DNA of 55,282 bases from an uncultured Verrucomicrobiota bacterium (GCA_964617565.1 CAZTYH010000003.1:13666-68947), one strand, 5' to 3'; positions 37,750-47,293 are shown, counted from the stretch's first letter. Translations and numbers: made by a program. The notes: generated from the sequence alone by a model not told the origin.

Positions 37750-38663
37750 TCATGCCCAAGCCATTCAAATTCAGATACGTCAATGAAATCACCGGAGCGT
37801 TTGTGCTGCTGGTCGTCGCTGCCCTCGTGGTCGGCATCTTCGTGGCCGGCCGCGCACAGAAGTGGTTTGAGGAAATACATGAAGTGAACATCAAGTTCCC
37901 TGAGGAAGGGTCATTCGACCTGCAGCGGGGCGCGGAAGTGAGGATCCTCGGCGCTCTGGTCGGCTCGATCGAGGAAATCAGCGTCGCGGACGACGGTGAA
38001 ATGTCCGGCATCCTCCGCATTCGCGGCAAGTTTATCCGTTTCGTGCGCACCGATTCGCGCGCCATCGCGAAGAAAAAATTCGGCGTTGCGGGCGATGCGT
38101 TCCTGGAAATCACGAAGGGCAACGGGGATCCATGGCCGGAGGAATCCGTGCTGAAGGTGGAGAAGGATACGGAAATCACGGAGCTGATCCAGGAAGTGAT
38201 CGAACGAGTGGAGGAAGTGGCCCTGCCCGCCATAGAACAGGTTCAGAAAGCGCTGGAGGAATACACCAACCTTGCGGCGGATCTTCGCGACAGGGAGGGG
38301 AATTTGCAGCAACTCCTCGGACACCTCAGCAACCTGGCGGATTCTCTCGAGAAGGGCGAGGGCACAGTGGGCCAGTTGCTGCGCGACCCGTCGTTGGCCG
38401 AGGAATTGCGCGCGATCGCGGCCAAGGTGGATGACTCGCTCGCCGAGGTGACGAAGATCCTCGAGGATGTGCGCGCCTCCACGGGCGTGGTGAAGGATGA
38501 GATGCAGGACGTGCCGGGCATTATGCTGCAAACCAGGGCAACGATGCGCGAAACGGAGAAGCTGATCGAAGCGCTGCAGCGGCATTGGCTTTTGCGGAAA
38601 TACGTGGAGGGCGGGGAGCCCAGCACATTGATTTCACCCGCAGCGGTGGGAGGTGGGCGATGA
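37746..38663 (+). CDS. mlaD: MlaD/MCE-domain protein with a long C-terminal coiled-coil region
   Basis: An N-terminal transmembrane segment is followed by an MCE domain (GAEVRILGALVGSIEEISV...). It overlaps the stop of the preceding gene. The start could be GTG 37746 or ATG 37752. Confidence 0.8.
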   Translation: MIMPKPFKFRYVNEITGAFVLLVVAALVVGIFVAGRAQKWFEEIHEVNIKFPEEGSFDLQRGAEVRILGALVGSIEEISVADDGEMSGILRIRGKFIRFVRTDSRAIAKKKFGVAGDAFLEITKGNGDPWPEESVLKVEKDTEITELIQEVIERVEEVALPAIEQVQKALEEYTNLAADLRDREGNLQQLLGHLSNLADSLEKGEGTVGQLLRDPSLAEELRAIAAKVDDSLAEVTKILEDVRASTGVVKDEMQDVPGIMLQTRATMRETEKLIEALQRHWLLRKYVEGGEPSTLISPAAVGGGR

Positions 38664-39637
38664 AAAAGAACCCGGGCATTTTGTGCTGGGCCTGCTGGAG
38701 TGTCGCCATCCTGATGCTGGTCGGTTGCGCGGCGAAGAAGCCCGCGATGACAACCGATCCGGAGCTGTCGCGCGTTGCCGGTGTTGCGCGGATGTCGTTC
38801 GAACAGGGTTCGCTCGAACAGTCCGCCCGCCTGTATGCGAGGGCCTTGCGTATAGCGCGTAAAATGGATGATGCGCGGGAGGTCGGCAGTAACGCGTATA
38901 ACCTGGCCGCGTGCCTCGCGGAATTGGGGCGCTATCCGGAAGCGCTCGGTTATCTCCACGAAGCGCAGGCGGAGTTCGATCGCGCGGGACGTCCGCTGGC
39001 CGATGTACTCTTGCTGAAAGCGAAGATCGCGCTGCTCGATGGACGCTATGACGAAGCGTTGAGCTATGGCGATCAGGTCGTGCCGGCGGCACAAAAGCCG
39101 GGCCAGGATTCCTATGCCGTGCAGGTCATGCTGCTGCGGACGGATGTGGCAATTGCCCGGGGTTCGATGGCCGAGGCCCAGGCCGAATTCGACCGCGCAA
39201 AAAAGGAAGTGCAGCGCATTCGGGACCCGCTACTGAACGCGCAGGCGGCAGGCGTCGAGGGGCGAATCCTCCAACTCGCCGGTTCGTTCACGCAGGCCGC
39301 TGAAGGATTCGACCGCCAGGCTGAATTGCTGCGAGGTGTTGCCCGCTTCCGCGAAATGGCTCATGCGTTGGGCCGCGCCGGAGAGGCGTACCAGCAGGCG
39401 GGGCTTTTTGCGCCTGCCGGCGACCGGTTTTATCGCGCGGCGCGCAGCTTGTATGCGCAAGGGGACGACCTTATGGCTTTGAAGATGATCCAGGCCGCCC
39501 TCGCCGCCGGGGAAAAAAGCGGCGACGAAAATGCGTTTCGTTCGATTGCCGCACTTTTCGAGGAAGTGCGCGCGCGCGTGGAAAACAGCGTGAAGAAATC
39601 ACCCACCGAAACGTCGAATGATGCGGGTGATATTTGA
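38660..39637 (+). CDS. TPR-like lipoprotein, the fourth gene of the Mla-like operon
   Basis: Lipobox is MLVGC. The rest is helical-repeat and Ala-rich. Its ATG overlaps the mlaD stop in an ATGA. Confidence 0.65.
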   Translation: MKKNPGILCWACWSVAILMLVGCAAKKPAMTTDPELSRVAGVARMSFEQGSLEQSARLYARALRIARKMDDAREVGSNAYNLAACLAELGRYPEALGYLHEAQAEFDRAGRPLADVLLLKAKIALLDGRYDEALSYGDQVVPAAQKPGQDSYAVQVMLLRTDVAIARGSMAEAQAEFDRAKKEVQRIRDPLLNAQAAGVEGRILQLAGSFTQAAEGFDRQAELLRGVARFREMAHALGRAGEAYQQAGLFAPAGDRFYRAARSLYAQGDDLMALKMIQAALAAGEKSGDENAFRSIAALFEEVRARVENSVKKSPTETSNDAGDI

Positions 39638-39705
39638 TTTCAGATGGACCTTGGGATAGTCTGACGGCGAAACAGCGACGGCTGTGACAGTATAATGGAG
39701 GATCC

Positions 39706-40200
39706 ATGAAAAGATGTGTGGATTTATGTGTTGTGCTTGCTTTGCTCTTTTGCTCCGGGGCGGCGCTTGCCGCCGCGCCGCAGCAGATGAGTGTGCAGAT
39801 TCGCAATGGCCAGGTACGCGCGAATCCTTCTTTCCTCGGGCCGATCGTTGCGCCGGTTGAATACGGCGACTCGGTCCGGGTTTCGGGCGAGCAGGCGGGA
39901 TGGATGAAAATCACGACGCCGGCAGGCAAGGAAGGATGGATTCACGGATCGGCGTTGACTACCAAGCGCGTGGTACTCCAGGCCGGAACCAAGGATGTGC
40001 AGGCCGCTGCGTCGGGCGACGAATTGGCGTTGGCGGGCAAGGGGTTCAGCTCCGAAGTGGAGGCCGAGTTCAAGGCGGCGAACAAGGACATTGATTTCAG
40101 GTGGGTGGACCGCATGGAAACGTTCAAGGTGGATATGCAGGAAATCCAGCGCTTCCTTAAAGAAGGAAATGTGACCTCGCGGGAAGGAGGCCGGCCGTGA
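39706..40200 (+). CDS. Secreted bacterial SH3 (SH3b) domain protein
   Basis: A signal peptide ends ALAAAP. The SH3b-like core reads VRANPSFLGPIVAPVEYGDSVRVSGEQAGWMKITTPAGKEGWIHGSAL. Confidence 0.65.
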   Translation: MKRCVDLCVVLALLFCSGAALAAAPQQMSVQIRNGQVRANPSFLGPIVAPVEYGDSVRVSGEQAGWMKITTPAGKEGWIHGSALTTKRVVLQAGTKDVQAAASGDELALAGKGFSSEVEAEFKAANKDIDFRWVDRMETFKVDMQEIQRFLKEGNVTSREGGRP

Positions 40201-41120
40201 AGAAATGCTTCCTTTCCATTAATTGGATTGCCGTTGCTGTTCTGGCGATGGTTGTTGCGGCGGTTGCCGTGGGATGCGCGACCGTGGCCCAGGTTGGAAC
40301 CGCGGTCGGGCAGGCAACCGGAGTGATCACACAGGAACAGGCCGATTCCATCAATCGCGGCGCTGCGGCGGTGGAAAAAACTTTCCAGGACATCACGCCT
40401 GAGCAGGAGTACTACCTTGGGCGCTCCGTGGCCGCGACGATCCTGAAGGCGTACAATGTGTACGAAAACGATGCGGCCACGCATTATCTGAACGTGCTTG
40501 GGCAGACGCTCGCTCTTGCATCAGACAAGCCGGAAACCTTCGGCGGCTACCATTTCGCCATCCTGGATACGGACGAAATCAATGCGTTTGCGGCCCCGGG
40601 CGGATTGATCATGATCTCGCGCGGGATGATTCGCTGCTGCACGACGGAAGATGCGCTCGCCGCTGTGCTCGCGCACGAAGTCGGGCACGTCGAAAATCAG
40701 CACGGACTCAAGGCGATTCGGAAGGGGCGACTGACTTCGGCACTCACGATCCTTGCGCTGGAAAGTGCGAAGCAACTGGGTGGTGAAAATCTGGCCGAGG
40801 TAACGAAGGCCTTTGAAGGCAGTATCAGCGACATCACCGCGACGCTGATGAACAACGGTTATTCCCGCAAAACGGAATACGAGGCCGATCGGTCCGCGGT
40901 GAAGGTCATGAACCGCGTCGGCTACGATCCCGAGGCGCTGGTGGATATGCTGCACGAGATGAAGAAGAATCTGAAACCGGGCGGACTCGATTTTGCAAAG
41001 ACCCATCCCGACCCGAACGTGCGTATCGCCGAATTGCGGAAGGTAATCGGCCCGGCCGGCAAGGTGGATGTGGTTCCCGCGCGCCAGCGCCGTTTCGAGA
41101 AGGCTGTGGGCGGGATCTGA
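40197..41120 (+). CDS. M48-family zinc metallopeptidase lipoprotein
   Basis: Lipobox is AVGC and the zinc motif is HEVGH. The GTG start overlaps the SH3b gene stop by 4 nt. Confidence 0.8.
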   Translation: MKKCFLSINWIAVAVLAMVVAAVAVGCATVAQVGTAVGQATGVITQEQADSINRGAAAVEKTFQDITPEQEYYLGRSVAATILKAYNVYENDAATHYLNVLGQTLALASDKPETFGGYHFAILDTDEINAFAAPGGLIMISRGMIRCCTTEDALAAVLAHEVGHVENQHGLKAIRKGRLTSALTILALESAKQLGGENLAEVTKAFEGSISDITATLMNNGYSRKTEYEADRSAVKVMNRVGYDPEALVDMLHEMKKNLKPGGLDFAKTHPDPNVRIAELRKVIGPAGKVDVVPARQRRFEKAVGGI

Positions 41121-41127
41121 GAGAGCT

Positions 41128-43263
41128 TTGAAGAAGAAACTTCTATTCGGAATTCTTATCGGCGCAGTGTCTGCCTTGCTGGCCTGCACGCTTGATGGAT
41201 TGCGCCAGCTCGATACATGGGAATTCAATACGTGGGATCTTCGTGTCCGCTTCTTCAAGGGCGAGAGTCCTGCCACCGACAAAATTCGGGTCATTCTTCT
41301 CGACCAGGCGAGCCTCGATTGGGGCAAGAACGAGAACGCGCTGGCGTGGCCATGGCCGCGCCAGGTCTATGCGCCGATCCTGGATTTCTGCCGGCGCGGT
41401 GGGGCAAAAGTGATTGCCTTCGACGTGCTGTACACGGAGCCGTCCGCTTATGATGCCTATGACGATACAGCCCTCGGGACGGCGATTCAGGCGACGCCCG
41501 GTTTTGTCGGAGCCGTTTTCATGGGTCGGGCTTCGGGCGACAGAGATGCGTGGCCGGAATTCGTTCCGTCGCCGCCCTATGTGATTCAAGGCTTGGAGCA
41601 ATGGTTGGCAGGAGAACGGCCGACCCGTGTTGAATCTTTGCGCGCGGCGTTCCCGATTCCCGATCTTGCGACCAACGCCACATTACTCGGCAATGTCAGC
41701 GATGAGCCGGACAAGGACGGGGTTTTTCGGCGTGCCACTCTTTTCAAGGTGTTCGATGGGCGGGCCGTGGCATCCCTCGGCCTTGCGGCCTATCTTGCGG
41801 GTGAACCGGACGGCGGCCGCCAGGTTCCGCTTTCCATTGAGGCCGGATGGTTGAGGGTCAACAATCGCCGCATTCCCATTGATTCCGAGGGGCGTTATAT
41901 CCTGCGGTTTGTCGGGCCTTCGGGATCGCACCGGACCTTCAACGCGGCAACAATCATACAGTCGGAAGTGCGAATCCTTTCGGGAGAAACGCCGGCATTG
42001 GATCCCGAGGTGTTTCGCGATTGCTATGTGCTTTTCGGGTTCAGCGCGCCGGGGCTGCTGGATTTGCGGCCGACGCCGGTCAGCGGAGTCTATCCCGGGG
42101 TCGAAATTCATGCGACGATGTTGGACAACCTGCTTTCACAGCTTTTCCTGCGTGATGCACCACCCGCGCTGGTCATGATCGTCATTATCGCGATGGCCTT
42201 GTTCAGCGGTGTGCTTGGCACATTGAGCCGAAAAGCGTGGCAGAGTGTGTTGACCTTCTTCGTTTGCCTGCCGGTGCCGGTTGTGGTCGGGCTTGCGGCC
42301 TATCCGGCGGGCTACTGGTGGCCGATAGTGGCAGGGACTATTGCGGTTGCTCTTTCTCTGGTCGGAGCCGTGGTGGTGAACTACGCGACCGAAGGCCGCC
42401 AGAAAGCCTTCATTAAAAATGCATTCCGGTTCTACGTGGGACCGGAAGTGATTGACCAGATGATCTCCGATCCATCGAAACTCAAGCTCGGCGGCGAAAA
42501 GAAGGAGCTGACCCTGTTCTTTTCAGACTTGGAGAAATTCTCCTCGTTCTCCGAAAAACTGAAACCCGAAGAGCTGACGGCATTGCTCAACGATTACCTC
42601 TCCGACATGGGTGAAATCATCAAGGAGGAGGGGGGGTATCTCGATAAGTATATTGGTGACGCGATCGTCGCGTTCTGGAACGCGCCGGTGCCGCAACCCG
42701 ATCACGCGTTGCGCGCTTGCCGGGCCGCGCTTCGCTGTCAGAGGAAGCTTGCAGAGCGGCGCGAGGAAATCGCGCAGCGAACCGGCGCCGTGCTGAAAAT
42801 GCGCATCGGCATCAACACCGGCGAAGTGACCGTGGGCAACATGGGCTCGCGTGAACGGTTTAATTATACCGTACTCGGGGATGCCGCGAACCTGGCGTCG
42901 CGGCTTGAGGGCGCAAACAAGTTCTTCGGCACCTACACGATGATTTCCGAATCGGCCTGGGGGCAGGCGTCGCAGGGGCTGGTCGGCCGCGAGATGGGCC
43001 GTATCCGGGTGGTGGGTCGCGCCACGCCCGTACGTGTCTACGAAGTGGTCGGCCTGGCGGGAGAGTCCGTGCCGGAAGCGGTTTCCGGATTTGAACAAGC
43101 AATCAAACTTTGCTATGCTGGCGCGTGGCGTCAGGCGCTGGATCTATTGGAGCGTTTCCCGGACGATCCGTTGTCCGCGAAATATGCTGCGCACTGCAGA
43201 ACGATGTTGGCTGAACCCTCCCGTAAATGGGAGGGAGTCTGGACGTTGACGGAAAAGGGCTGA
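41128..43263 (+). CDS. CHASE2 sensor domain plus class III adenylate/guanylate cyclase
   Basis: The N-terminal periplasmic CHASE2-like region is followed by transmembrane segments and then the cyclase catalytic motifs FFSDLEKFSSFSE, GDAIVAFWNAP, RIGINTGEVTVGNMGS and YTVLGDAANLASRLE. I chose the TTG at 41128, downstream of the M48 stop. Confidence 0.8.
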   Translation: MKKKLLFGILIGAVSALLACTLDGLRQLDTWEFNTWDLRVRFFKGESPATDKIRVILLDQASLDWGKNENALAWPWPRQVYAPILDFCRRGGAKVIAFDVLYTEPSAYDAYDDTALGTAIQATPGFVGAVFMGRASGDRDAWPEFVPSPPYVIQGLEQWLAGERPTRVESLRAAFPIPDLATNATLLGNVSDEPDKDGVFRRATLFKVFDGRAVASLGLAAYLAGEPDGGRQVPLSIEAGWLRVNNRRIPIDSEGRYILRFVGPSGSHRTFNAATIIQSEVRILSGETPALDPEVFRDCYVLFGFSAPGLLDLRPTPVSGVYPGVEIHATMLDNLLSQLFLRDAPPALVMIVIIAMALFSGVLGTLSRKAWQSVLTFFVCLPVPVVVGLAAYPAGYWWPIVAGTIAVALSLVGAVVVNYATEGRQKAFIKNAFRFYVGPEVIDQMISDPSKLKLGGEKKELTLFFSDLEKFSSFSEKLKPEELTALLNDYLSDMGEIIKEEGGYLDKYIGDAIVAFWNAPVPQPDHALRACRAALRCQRKLAERREEIAQRTGAVLKMRIGINTGEVTVGNMGSRERFNYTVLGDAANLASRLEGANKFFGTYTMISESAWGQASQGLVGREMGRIRVVGRATPVRVYEVVGLAGESVPEAVSGFEQAIKLCYAGAWRQALDLLERFPDDPLSAKYAAHCRTMLAEPSRKWEGVWTLTEKG

Positions 43264-43283
43264 TGCGGAAACCAGGTGATGCA

Positions 43284-44129
43284 ATGAAAGTAATTTTTGG
43301 CGGTGTTCGCGGAACCAGTTGCGTGGCGCAGCCCGAGTTTTCCCGTTTCGGAGGCGATACGACCTCCTTGCTGGTGGAGGGGTCTGCCGGGGGGCGTATC
43401 CTGATAGACGCTGGAACGGGTATCCGGCAACTTGGCGAGCGCATTGCGGCAGCAGGAAGCGAGTCGCGCGCACTGCTGCTGATGACGCATTACCATCTGG
43501 ATCACGTCATGGGTTTGCCCTCGCTGCCGTTGTTATATCAGCCGGGCGCATCCCTGTTGATGGCGTCACCGCCTCGTGCCGGGCGCACGATGGAAAAAGT
43601 GGTGCGTCAGATCATGGCCCAGCCGTACTGGCCCGTGCAGATGGAGGACCTTCACGCTTCGATTCGCTTTCTGAAGTGGAAGGATGTCGCCCCGAAAGCG
43701 CCTGCCCGCTTCGGCGAGTTCGACATCCGGTGGTGTTCGGTGCATCATCCGGGCGGTTGTACGGCCTATCGCGTGGAAGAGCGGGAGAGCGGCGCATCGC
43801 TGGTCTTTGCGACGGATATCGAATGGGCGTTGTCGAGCCCGAAGGAGAAGAAGACCTTTCTGAAACTTTGCACGGAGCCAGTGCCCGCGAACCTGCTCGT
43901 CATGGACGGCCAGTACAACCGGCGCGGCTACGCTCCGTTCAAAGGCTGGGGCCACAGCACGTGGGAAGATACCGTGGATGTGGCGCGGGAGACCGGTGTC
44001 GGAACGTTGTTGATCACGCACCATGCGCCCCGGAATACGGACCAGCAATTGCGGAGCCTGGAAGGTCTTGTGCAGAAAGCGTTTGCCCGCGCCGGGTTGG
44101 CGCGCGCGGGCCAGGAGGTTTCGCTTTAG
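43284..44129 (+). CDS. MBL-fold metallo-hydrolase
   Basis: Has the HYHLDH (HxHxDH) motif. The start is ATG 43284, or alternatively ATG 43263, which overlaps the cyclase stop by 1 nt. Confidence 0.75.
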   Translation: MKVIFGGVRGTSCVAQPEFSRFGGDTTSLLVEGSAGGRILIDAGTGIRQLGERIAAAGSESRALLLMTHYHLDHVMGLPSLPLLYQPGASLLMASPPRAGRTMEKVVRQIMAQPYWPVQMEDLHASIRFLKWKDVAPKAPARFGEFDIRWCSVHHPGGCTAYRVEERESGASLVFATDIEWALSSPKEKKTFLKLCTEPVPANLLVMDGQYNRRGYAPFKGWGHSTWEDTVDVARETGVGTLLITHHAPRNTDQQLRSLEGLVQKAFARAGLARAGQEVSL

Positions 44130-44131
44130 CA

Positions 44132-44845
44132 ATGCCCGAACCGAAGCATCCATCCCTTTATCTTTGCGCGCCTGTCAATGCCCTGGTCCAGGGTTTGTAC
44201 GAGCAGAACATCCCTATGTCGGAGGTCCGGAAGCATGGTGATTTCGGACTCGGTACTTTTAATGATCTCGATGGCGAAATGATCCTGCTGGATGGAGCCG
44301 TGTACCAGGTGACCGGCAAGGGCGAGGTGCGCGTGGTGGAGGAGGATGTGCTGACGCCCTTTGCATGCGTCACTTTTTACGACGCATTGACGCAGGATGC
44401 GTTGGATGGGGAGCGGGATTACACCGCGTTCAATGAATGGCTGCTGCGATTGCTTCCCTCACCGAACATCTTCTACGCCATTCGATTTGAAGGTTTGTTC
44501 CGGAGCATTCGAACGCGCTCGGTTCCGAAACAAGACAATTACAGACCTCTCGTGGAAGTTGCAAAAGAGCAGCCGGAGTTCACGTTTGAAGATGTCGAGG
44601 GCACGCTGGCGGGTTTTTTTACGCCATCCTTCATGGCGTCCTTAAACGTGCCGGGATTGCATCTCCATTTCCTGTCGAAAGATCGGAAATGCGGAGGGCA
44701 CCTTCTTCAATGCCGTCCAATGCGCGGGCGGGTCGGTATCCAATTCATAAGCAAGTTGGAGCTCGGATTGCCGATGACGCTGGATTACCTCGGCGGCGAG
44801 TTCGACCGCGATGTCCGTAAGGATCTCGATCGGGCGGAGAAGTGA
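44132..44845 (+). CDS. budA: Alpha-acetolactate decarboxylase
   Basis: Has LYLCAPVNALVQGLYE...GDFGLGTFNDLDGEMILLDG.VYQ and GLHLHFLS, which are AlsD/BudA hallmarks. The long 5' extension in the ORF track (43319 onward) overlaps the MBL gene and I rejected it. Confidence 0.85.
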   Translation: MPEPKHPSLYLCAPVNALVQGLYEQNIPMSEVRKHGDFGLGTFNDLDGEMILLDGAVYQVTGKGEVRVVEEDVLTPFACVTFYDALTQDALDGERDYTAFNEWLLRLLPSPNIFYAIRFEGLFRSIRTRSVPKQDNYRPLVEVAKEQPEFTFEDVEGTLAGFFTPSFMASLNVPGLHLHFLSKDRKCGGHLLQCRPMRGRVGIQFISKLELGLPMTLDYLGGEFDRDVRKDLDRAEK

Positions 44846-44908
44846 AGGCATCCCTGAAACCTGCTTGCCCTCCATAGCCTCCGGGCGAAGGAGGGAAACC
44901 CCTCTCCT

Positions 44909-45247
44909 CTACCGCGCAGCCATCACGAAAAAGGAGATGACGGCCAGGGTCACGCCGATGTAGGCCACCGGAGTAAGCATTTCTTTCAGAAACAGCAACC
45001 CGAGAATATTGCTGATGACAATGGATGACGCGCCCATGAGCGCCATGGTTCGGCCAAGTTCCACGTGGGCGAAGACGTAAAGCTGACCGAACATCGCAAG
45101 CTGTCGGAGCACGAGATAGATGAAGAACCAGAACGTGAGAAAGGTGGCCATGCGGAAGCCGTGTCGGTGCATGTAGATCCGGCCCATGAAATCGCTGACG
45201 GAATAAACGAGTTGCGTACCGACGAGAATCAGCAAGGCCTTGGGCAT
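44909..45247 (-). CDS. Small EamA-like/DMT-superfamily membrane protein (single 4-TM module)
   Basis: 112 aa with four hydrophobic helices. I trimmed the start to MPKALL. Confidence 0.5.
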   Translation of the reverse strand: MPKALLILVGTQLVYSVSDFMGRIYMHRHGFRMATFLTFWFFIYLVLRQLAMFGQLYVFAHVELGRTMALMGASSIVISNILGLLFLKEMLTPVAYIGVTLAVISFFVMAAR

Positions 45248-45257
45248 AGTGCGGTCC

Positions 45258-46226
45258 TCAGCGTCTTTCTTCGCGCTTCTTGATATGCAACTCCGCATGC
45301 TTGCTGGTGACGAAACTGTTCGGGGGGACGGACTCCATCAGGAATACGTTGCCTCCGACCGTTGATCCTTTGCCGATCACCGTGTCGCCACCGAGAATCG
45401 TCGCGTTCGCGTAAACCACGACATCGTCCTCAACCGTGGGATGGCGCTTGATGTGCTTGATCGGCCTTCCATGCTTGTCGAGCGGGAAGCTCTTCGCGCC
45501 CAGCGTTACACCTTGGTACAGCTTCACGTGATTGCCGATATGGGTTGTTTCGCCGATCACCACACCGGTCGCATGATCAATGAAGAAGCCGTGCCCGATC
45601 TGGGCGCCCGGATGAATATCCACGCCTGTTGTGGCGTGGGTCCATTCGCTCATTACGCGGGAAACGATCGGCACTTCGAGTTTGTAGAGTTCGTGGGCCA
45701 GGCGATGCGAGGTGATTGCAAGAAGGCCGGGATAGGCCAATTGCACTTCAGCAAACGTCAGCGCGGCGGGGTCGCCTTCATAGGCCGCTTTCACGTCCTC
45801 GACGAGAAGCTTCCGCACGTCAGGCAGACGGTTGATGAATGTCTGCATCACGGTGAACGATTCTTTCCTCGCATCGGAGGCTTTGTGCCCGCCCTCTACG
45901 CGCGAGGCTTCGCCCATCCAGCGAAACGGAATGGCGCGTTCGACTTCGGGACGGAGCAGGGCCCATCCGTCGCTGATCCGCCGGACCAGGAAGATTCCAA
46001 GCTCGCCCGGATCAATGCTGTTCTGGGACATCCGTCCGGGGAACATGACGTCAATAAACAGCTTGAGCGCCTCGATAATATTCGTTGTATTCGGATAGGA
46101 ACCGAGCAGACTGTCCGCGCGATCTTCGGCGGCGCCGGAGTAAAGCGGGGTCAGTCGCGTGGCCGCGTGGCAGATGCAATATTCCGCCTCCGGCCCCGCG
46201 CATTCAGGCGTCATTTTCTTTGTCAT
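45258..46226 (-). CDS. cysE: Serine O-acetyltransferase (long form)
   Basis: Has a left-handed beta-helix hexapeptide region (GVDIHPGAQIGHGFFIDHATGVVIGETTHIGNHVKLYQGVTLG) and an N-terminal SATase helical domain. I chose the ATG at 46226, which has a GGAGGA Shine-Dalgarno 7 nt upstream. Confidence 0.85.
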   Translation of the reverse strand: MTKKMTPECAGPEAEYCICHAATRLTPLYSGAAEDRADSLLGSYPNTTNIIEALKLFIDVMFPGRMSQNSIDPGELGIFLVRRISDGWALLRPEVERAIPFRWMGEASRVEGGHKASDARKESFTVMQTFINRLPDVRKLLVEDVKAAYEGDPAALTFAEVQLAYPGLLAITSHRLAHELYKLEVPIVSRVMSEWTHATTGVDIHPGAQIGHGFFIDHATGVVIGETTHIGNHVKLYQGVTLGAKSFPLDKHGRPIKHIKRHPTVEDDVVVYANATILGGDTVIGKGSTVGGNVFLMESVPPNSFVTSKHAELHIKKREERR

Positions 46227-46389
46227 CGCATATTCCTCCGGCAAAACTTCCAGCACGGTAACGCAGAATGCGCCGCCAATCAAGCCGTCCATTCCCTGTA
46301 TCCGTTCTTGCATCCCGGGCCATCTCCAAACACAATACAGTTAACGAACGGCAGTGTGGCTGAAGCTCCTTAACCCTGTAGGTGTTTAT

Positions 46390-47166
46390 ATGAAGATTCT
46401 GATGCGCATCGTGATCGTGATCCTGATTCTTCTGGCCATACTTATTCTTGCGCGAAACGTCATTATTGAGAAGTTGACTCGAAAGACCGTGTTGCAGACT
46501 ACGGGTTTCGATATCGAAATGGGTGGAATTCGCGCAGGACTGCTGGATCCCGTGTTCGAGATTACAAATGCCCGCTTGATCAATCCGGAGGATTTTACCG
46601 AGCCAACCGCATTGGAGATCAAGACCCTCAGGGTGAAGTACGATTTGCCGTCGTTCTTCAAGGAAGAGGTTCATCTCCGGGAGGTTGTAGTGGATGTGCC
46701 TCGCGCGGTGCTTGTGATCCGCGAGGATGGGGAAAGCAATCTCGCGCGATTAGGTCAGGTCGCCCAGGGAGAGAGCAAAGAGGAATCCACGGGCAAAGAG
46801 GGCGAGGGCGGGCAGGAGGCTAAGCCAGGAAAGCGTGTCCGCGTGGATATCCTGACGCTCCGAGTGGGCAAGGTTGATGTCTATCGCTATCGCGAGGGAT
46901 CTGACAAGCCGGAAGTGGACAAGTACGACGTGAATTTTGACCGGACCGCGCGCGATGTGACCGATCTTAATGTCGTCAACGGTATGATTACCGCGGGTGT
47001 GATAGAAGCTGTAGGCGCAAGAGCCCTGCAAGGGTTCACAAAAGCTTTCCAGCAAAACGAGGGCGATCTTGAGAAAGTCGGCCAACAAGTCGAGCGGACA
47101 GCAAAAGATGTAGGGAAGCAGCTTAAAGGCTTGCTGAAAGATGCCGGCATAAACACAGACCGCTGA
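46390..47166 (+). CDS. Membrane-anchored protein of unknown function
   Basis: Has an N-terminal transmembrane segment (MKILMRIVIVILILLAILILA) followed by a soluble, charged region. Confidence 0.55.
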   Translation: MKILMRIVIVILILLAILILARNVIIEKLTRKTVLQTTGFDIEMGGIRAGLLDPVFEITNARLINPEDFTEPTALEIKTLRVKYDLPSFFKEEVHLREVVVDVPRAVLVIREDGESNLARLGQVAQGESKEESTGKEGEGGQEAKPGKRVRVDILTLRVGKVDVYRYREGSDKPEVDKYDVNFDRTARDVTDLNVVNGMITAGVIEAVGARALQGFTKAFQQNEGDLEKVGQQVERTAKDVGKQLKGLLKDAGINTDR

Positions 47167-47293
47167 GCGTGTCATCGCTTATCCTCGAATCACGAAAAAG
47201 CGCCAGCTTCACGGGATAAGCAGCGGCGACTGAGCAGGAACTCGGAATTTATCCGCCCCTTAACAATCCGTTACCATTGCACCATGCGTGTAT

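Noticed and set aside
39675-39697. TATAAT box 11 nt upstream of the SH3b gene ATG.
   Set aside because: There is no acceptable -35 element at 16-19 nt. A transcript starting there would lack the GGAGG Shine-Dalgarno that sits between the box and the ATG.
43319-44131. Long 5' extension of the acetolactate decarboxylase ORF (508 aa in the track).
   Set aside because: The extension is an alternative frame of the MBL hydrolase gene and is Arg/Gly-rich. AlsD homology starts at MPEPKHPSLY (44132).
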